Source: a candidate division FCPU426 bacterium
Lineage (GTDB): Bacteria > Oederibacteriota > JAAXVQ01 > JAUVAV01
Length of the DNA stretch: 64,000 nucleotides
Direction of reading: 5' to 3'
Assembly: GCA_040756875.1 (NCBI GenBank)
Contig: JBFLYH010000002.1
Coordinates: 47,481-111,480 of the forward strand
This document shows, piece by piece, positions 45,901 through 48,900 of the stretch. Below the pieces are notes generated by a model. That model searched no databases and was not told the DNA's origin. It worked only from the letters and a program-made list of their open reading frames with translations. Numbering within the stretch: position 1 is the stretch's first letter; the number at the start of each line of letters is the position of its first letter. Position numbers and translations under genes: made by a program.

Positions 45901-48900
45901 CACGAAAGGCAGGGTCAGCACGAACCCGCCGGCCAGGGTGATGCTGAGCGTGTAATAAAACACGCCCCACAGGGACATGGTGACCAGGCCCACGGTCAGC
46001 AGATAGGCCCCGGCCAGCAGGTAGAGGGCGATTTCCCAGGTCGTGAAGCGCTTGAATTCGCGGCGCACGGCCTGCCAGAAACCGGGCACAACCGGCGGTG
46101 CGAAGGATTTGATATGGATGCCGTCCGCATCCTGCTTGATCTCCAGGTGGTCGGCGTCCACTAGCACGGTCAGGCCCTGCCGGTTCACCACCTGCGAGCG
46201 GCTGGATTGGCCGAAGCGCCGGACCACGGCCTGCCCCTGCGTGCCGGCCTCGCGGGCCGACACGGCGCTGCGGGCGTAAGGAGCGGTCTCGGGATCCGCG
46301 GTCAGCAGGCCCAGCAGGCGCGGCAGGTCCTCGGCCCGCTCTTTGGGCATGACCAGCAGGATTTGGTTGGCCGCGACCACCACGTACCCCTGAAGGTTCT
46401 CCACCGAAACCGGAAGGCTGTCCGAGTACACCACGGTGTTCGTCGTGTTTTGCGTGCGGATCCTGAAATACGCCGGGCCCACGCGCTGCATGCCGCCCTT
46501 TTCCGTGGGCTGGGTCAGCAGGTTCCACTGGTTTTCCTCGTCCCAGGGAAACTCGGCGGGCACGGTCATCAGCCGCAATTCGTCCTGGTCGCCGATGGCT
46601 TCCAGCACCGCTTCGTCCACGGACAGGGGCCGGACGGCCTCCTCGGCGTACAGTTCGCGCAGGCGCTGGGGAGCGATCCCGTCCGCGCCCGTGGCCTCGG
46701 CCAGGCGGGCGGTTTCCGGCGCATAGGACGCGAAGGCCGCGCGGCCCACGCCCACGTCCACCACGAAGATGCCGGCGTTGACGGCCAGGTTTTCGCGGGC
46801 CAGCATTTCCTCCAGCACTTCGCGGTCCGGTTTCTCGACAAACCCTTCGGCCTTGAAAATGTTGGGGGCGAGCTTGCTCGGCTCGCTCTGCAGGAAATAG
46901 CCGTACTTGGTGAGGGGCGTCTTGACCGGCGCGGCGACGGTCATCCAATGCTTCCCGTTTTGCGCGCCCTTGACCGCCGTGCGCAGGGCGGTTTGGAAAT
47001 GCTCTTCCTGCTCGGGGATCACCTGGTCCGTGGGCAGGAAGATCGCGGTGGCGTCCGCGCCGAAGCGGCGTTCCAGCCAGGCCAGGGCCCTGGCCATGGC
47101 CAGGCCCGTGCCCCGGGGCGCGGGCTCCAGGATGAGGTTTTGGTCGGCCGGAAATCCGGCCGGCAGCGCGGAGATGATGGCCGCGCGGTAGGCTTCGGGC
47201 GCGACCACGACCACGCGGTCCCAACTGATGCCCAGGCGCACCACGCGGGCGATGGTCTTGGCCAAGAGCGTCTCGCCGTCCCGGGAGAACGTCTGCAGCA
47301 CCTCGGGCAGGTCCGCCTGGCTGGCGGGCCACAGCCCCGGCGCGCCGCGGCCGCCGATGGGGATCACCACGCAGGCCCGCGACAGATCGGTTTCCTTGAC
47401 TTGCAGAGGTTTAAGCACGCGCTCGCGCGAGGCGTTCCAGGCGTCGGTAACGCCGGCCAGCCGGCCGCGCTCCGATTCCACGGAACTCAGGTAATCCATG
47501 ATGTCTTCCGCGATTTCCGGCGCGCAGCCCAGGCGCTGCTGAATCTGGCCGCGCGTCAGTTCCTCGCCGGCCAGGACCCAGGCGTGAACCTGCCTGAGCT
47601 GGCGTTCGCGCCGGCGCTGGGCCGGTGACCACAGGGCTGCGGGCAGGGCCGCGAAGTCCAGCACGTGCGCTAAAATCTCGCTCACGATCACCACCGCGGC
47701 CAGATGCTGCCAGGTGCCGGGCCGGTAATCGCGCACTTTCAGGCCCAGGATCGACAGGCCGGCCAGGACCCAACGGTGCGCATATTGCTCATGCGCGCGC
47801 ACCAATAAGCCGGCGTTGACCAGCACCCGGCCGTTCGCGTCCTTGATCTTACCCGAACGCGGATCGAAAGTGGCCACGGGCGTCCACCAGGTGCGGCGGG
47901 CCTTGGGCAACTGGCGCCATGCCCGGAAAGTATGCACGGCTTTAGGCAGGGCCAGGGCCAGGTACGGCGCGGCCAGCACCAGTAGCAGCGGATGCGCCAA
48001 GCCCAGGGCGAACATGGGCAGGGCCAGGGCCAGGAGGTTGATGACCACGCCGGCCAGGTTCAAGGGTTGCAGGGCGCGCAGCGATTCGTACGCCAGGCCG
48101 AGTTCCAGCGGACGGGCGAGCAGGCGGACCACGCTTTTGCGCAGCAGGAACCCAAACGACGGCGTGCGCGCCTGTTCCTCCAGCCACGGATCGAGCCGCA
48201 ACGCGGCCTCGGGGGCGGCCGGGGGCCGGGGCAGCCGCTCGCGGCCCAGCCACAAAGCCGTGCTGCTGCTCGCCACCAGCGCGGAAATGGGGCTGGCGAG
48301 CAGCGCGGTGCGCACGAGATCGCCGCTGATCAGGACTTTCGGCCTGGCCAGCAGCCGGTTCTTGATCTGGTCCGCGGCCTCGGTTTCCATCATGGCGATG
48401 GTGTAGGCATCGTTGAGGTTCAAGGTGGCCAGGGGGGTCCCGGGGATCCGGCGGTCCCGCCGGCGGATGATCATGGTAAACCCGGTGTTGCGGATGGGCA
48501 GGTAGTAGGTGTCCGCCGCGGGATTGGCCAGCGCTCCGCTCCAGTCGATTTCGATCCGGGCGTTGTTCCGGGCATAGCGGCTCACCACGCCGGCATACGC
48601 TTCTTCCACGTCCGTCAGCTCGTGAGCGCCCCGCAGAATCAGGTTGGCGACCAATCCCTGCTTGAGGGTAAGGTCCAGGAGCTTGAGGAACACGCGCACG
48701 CGTTCGGGCTGGGCGTCCTCGGCCAACGGTGTCATTTCACCCTGGGGGAAGGCCGTGGGCAGGGCCAGGATTTCCTGATTCTGGGCCAGCAGCTTTTCCA
48801 CCGGCGTGCGGCGTTCGCGCAGCAGCGCGAAATAAGGGTTCACGCTGTCCCACTTGCTCAGCCGGGGCTTGAGGCTCAGGTAGGAGACGCCGCGTTTGCG

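Noticed and set aside
19781-47332. Long alternative-frame minus-strand ORFs (19781-22603, 43856-47332)
   Set aside because: Their Arg/Pro/Gly/Ala-rich translations are typical of off-frame reading of high-GC3 codons.
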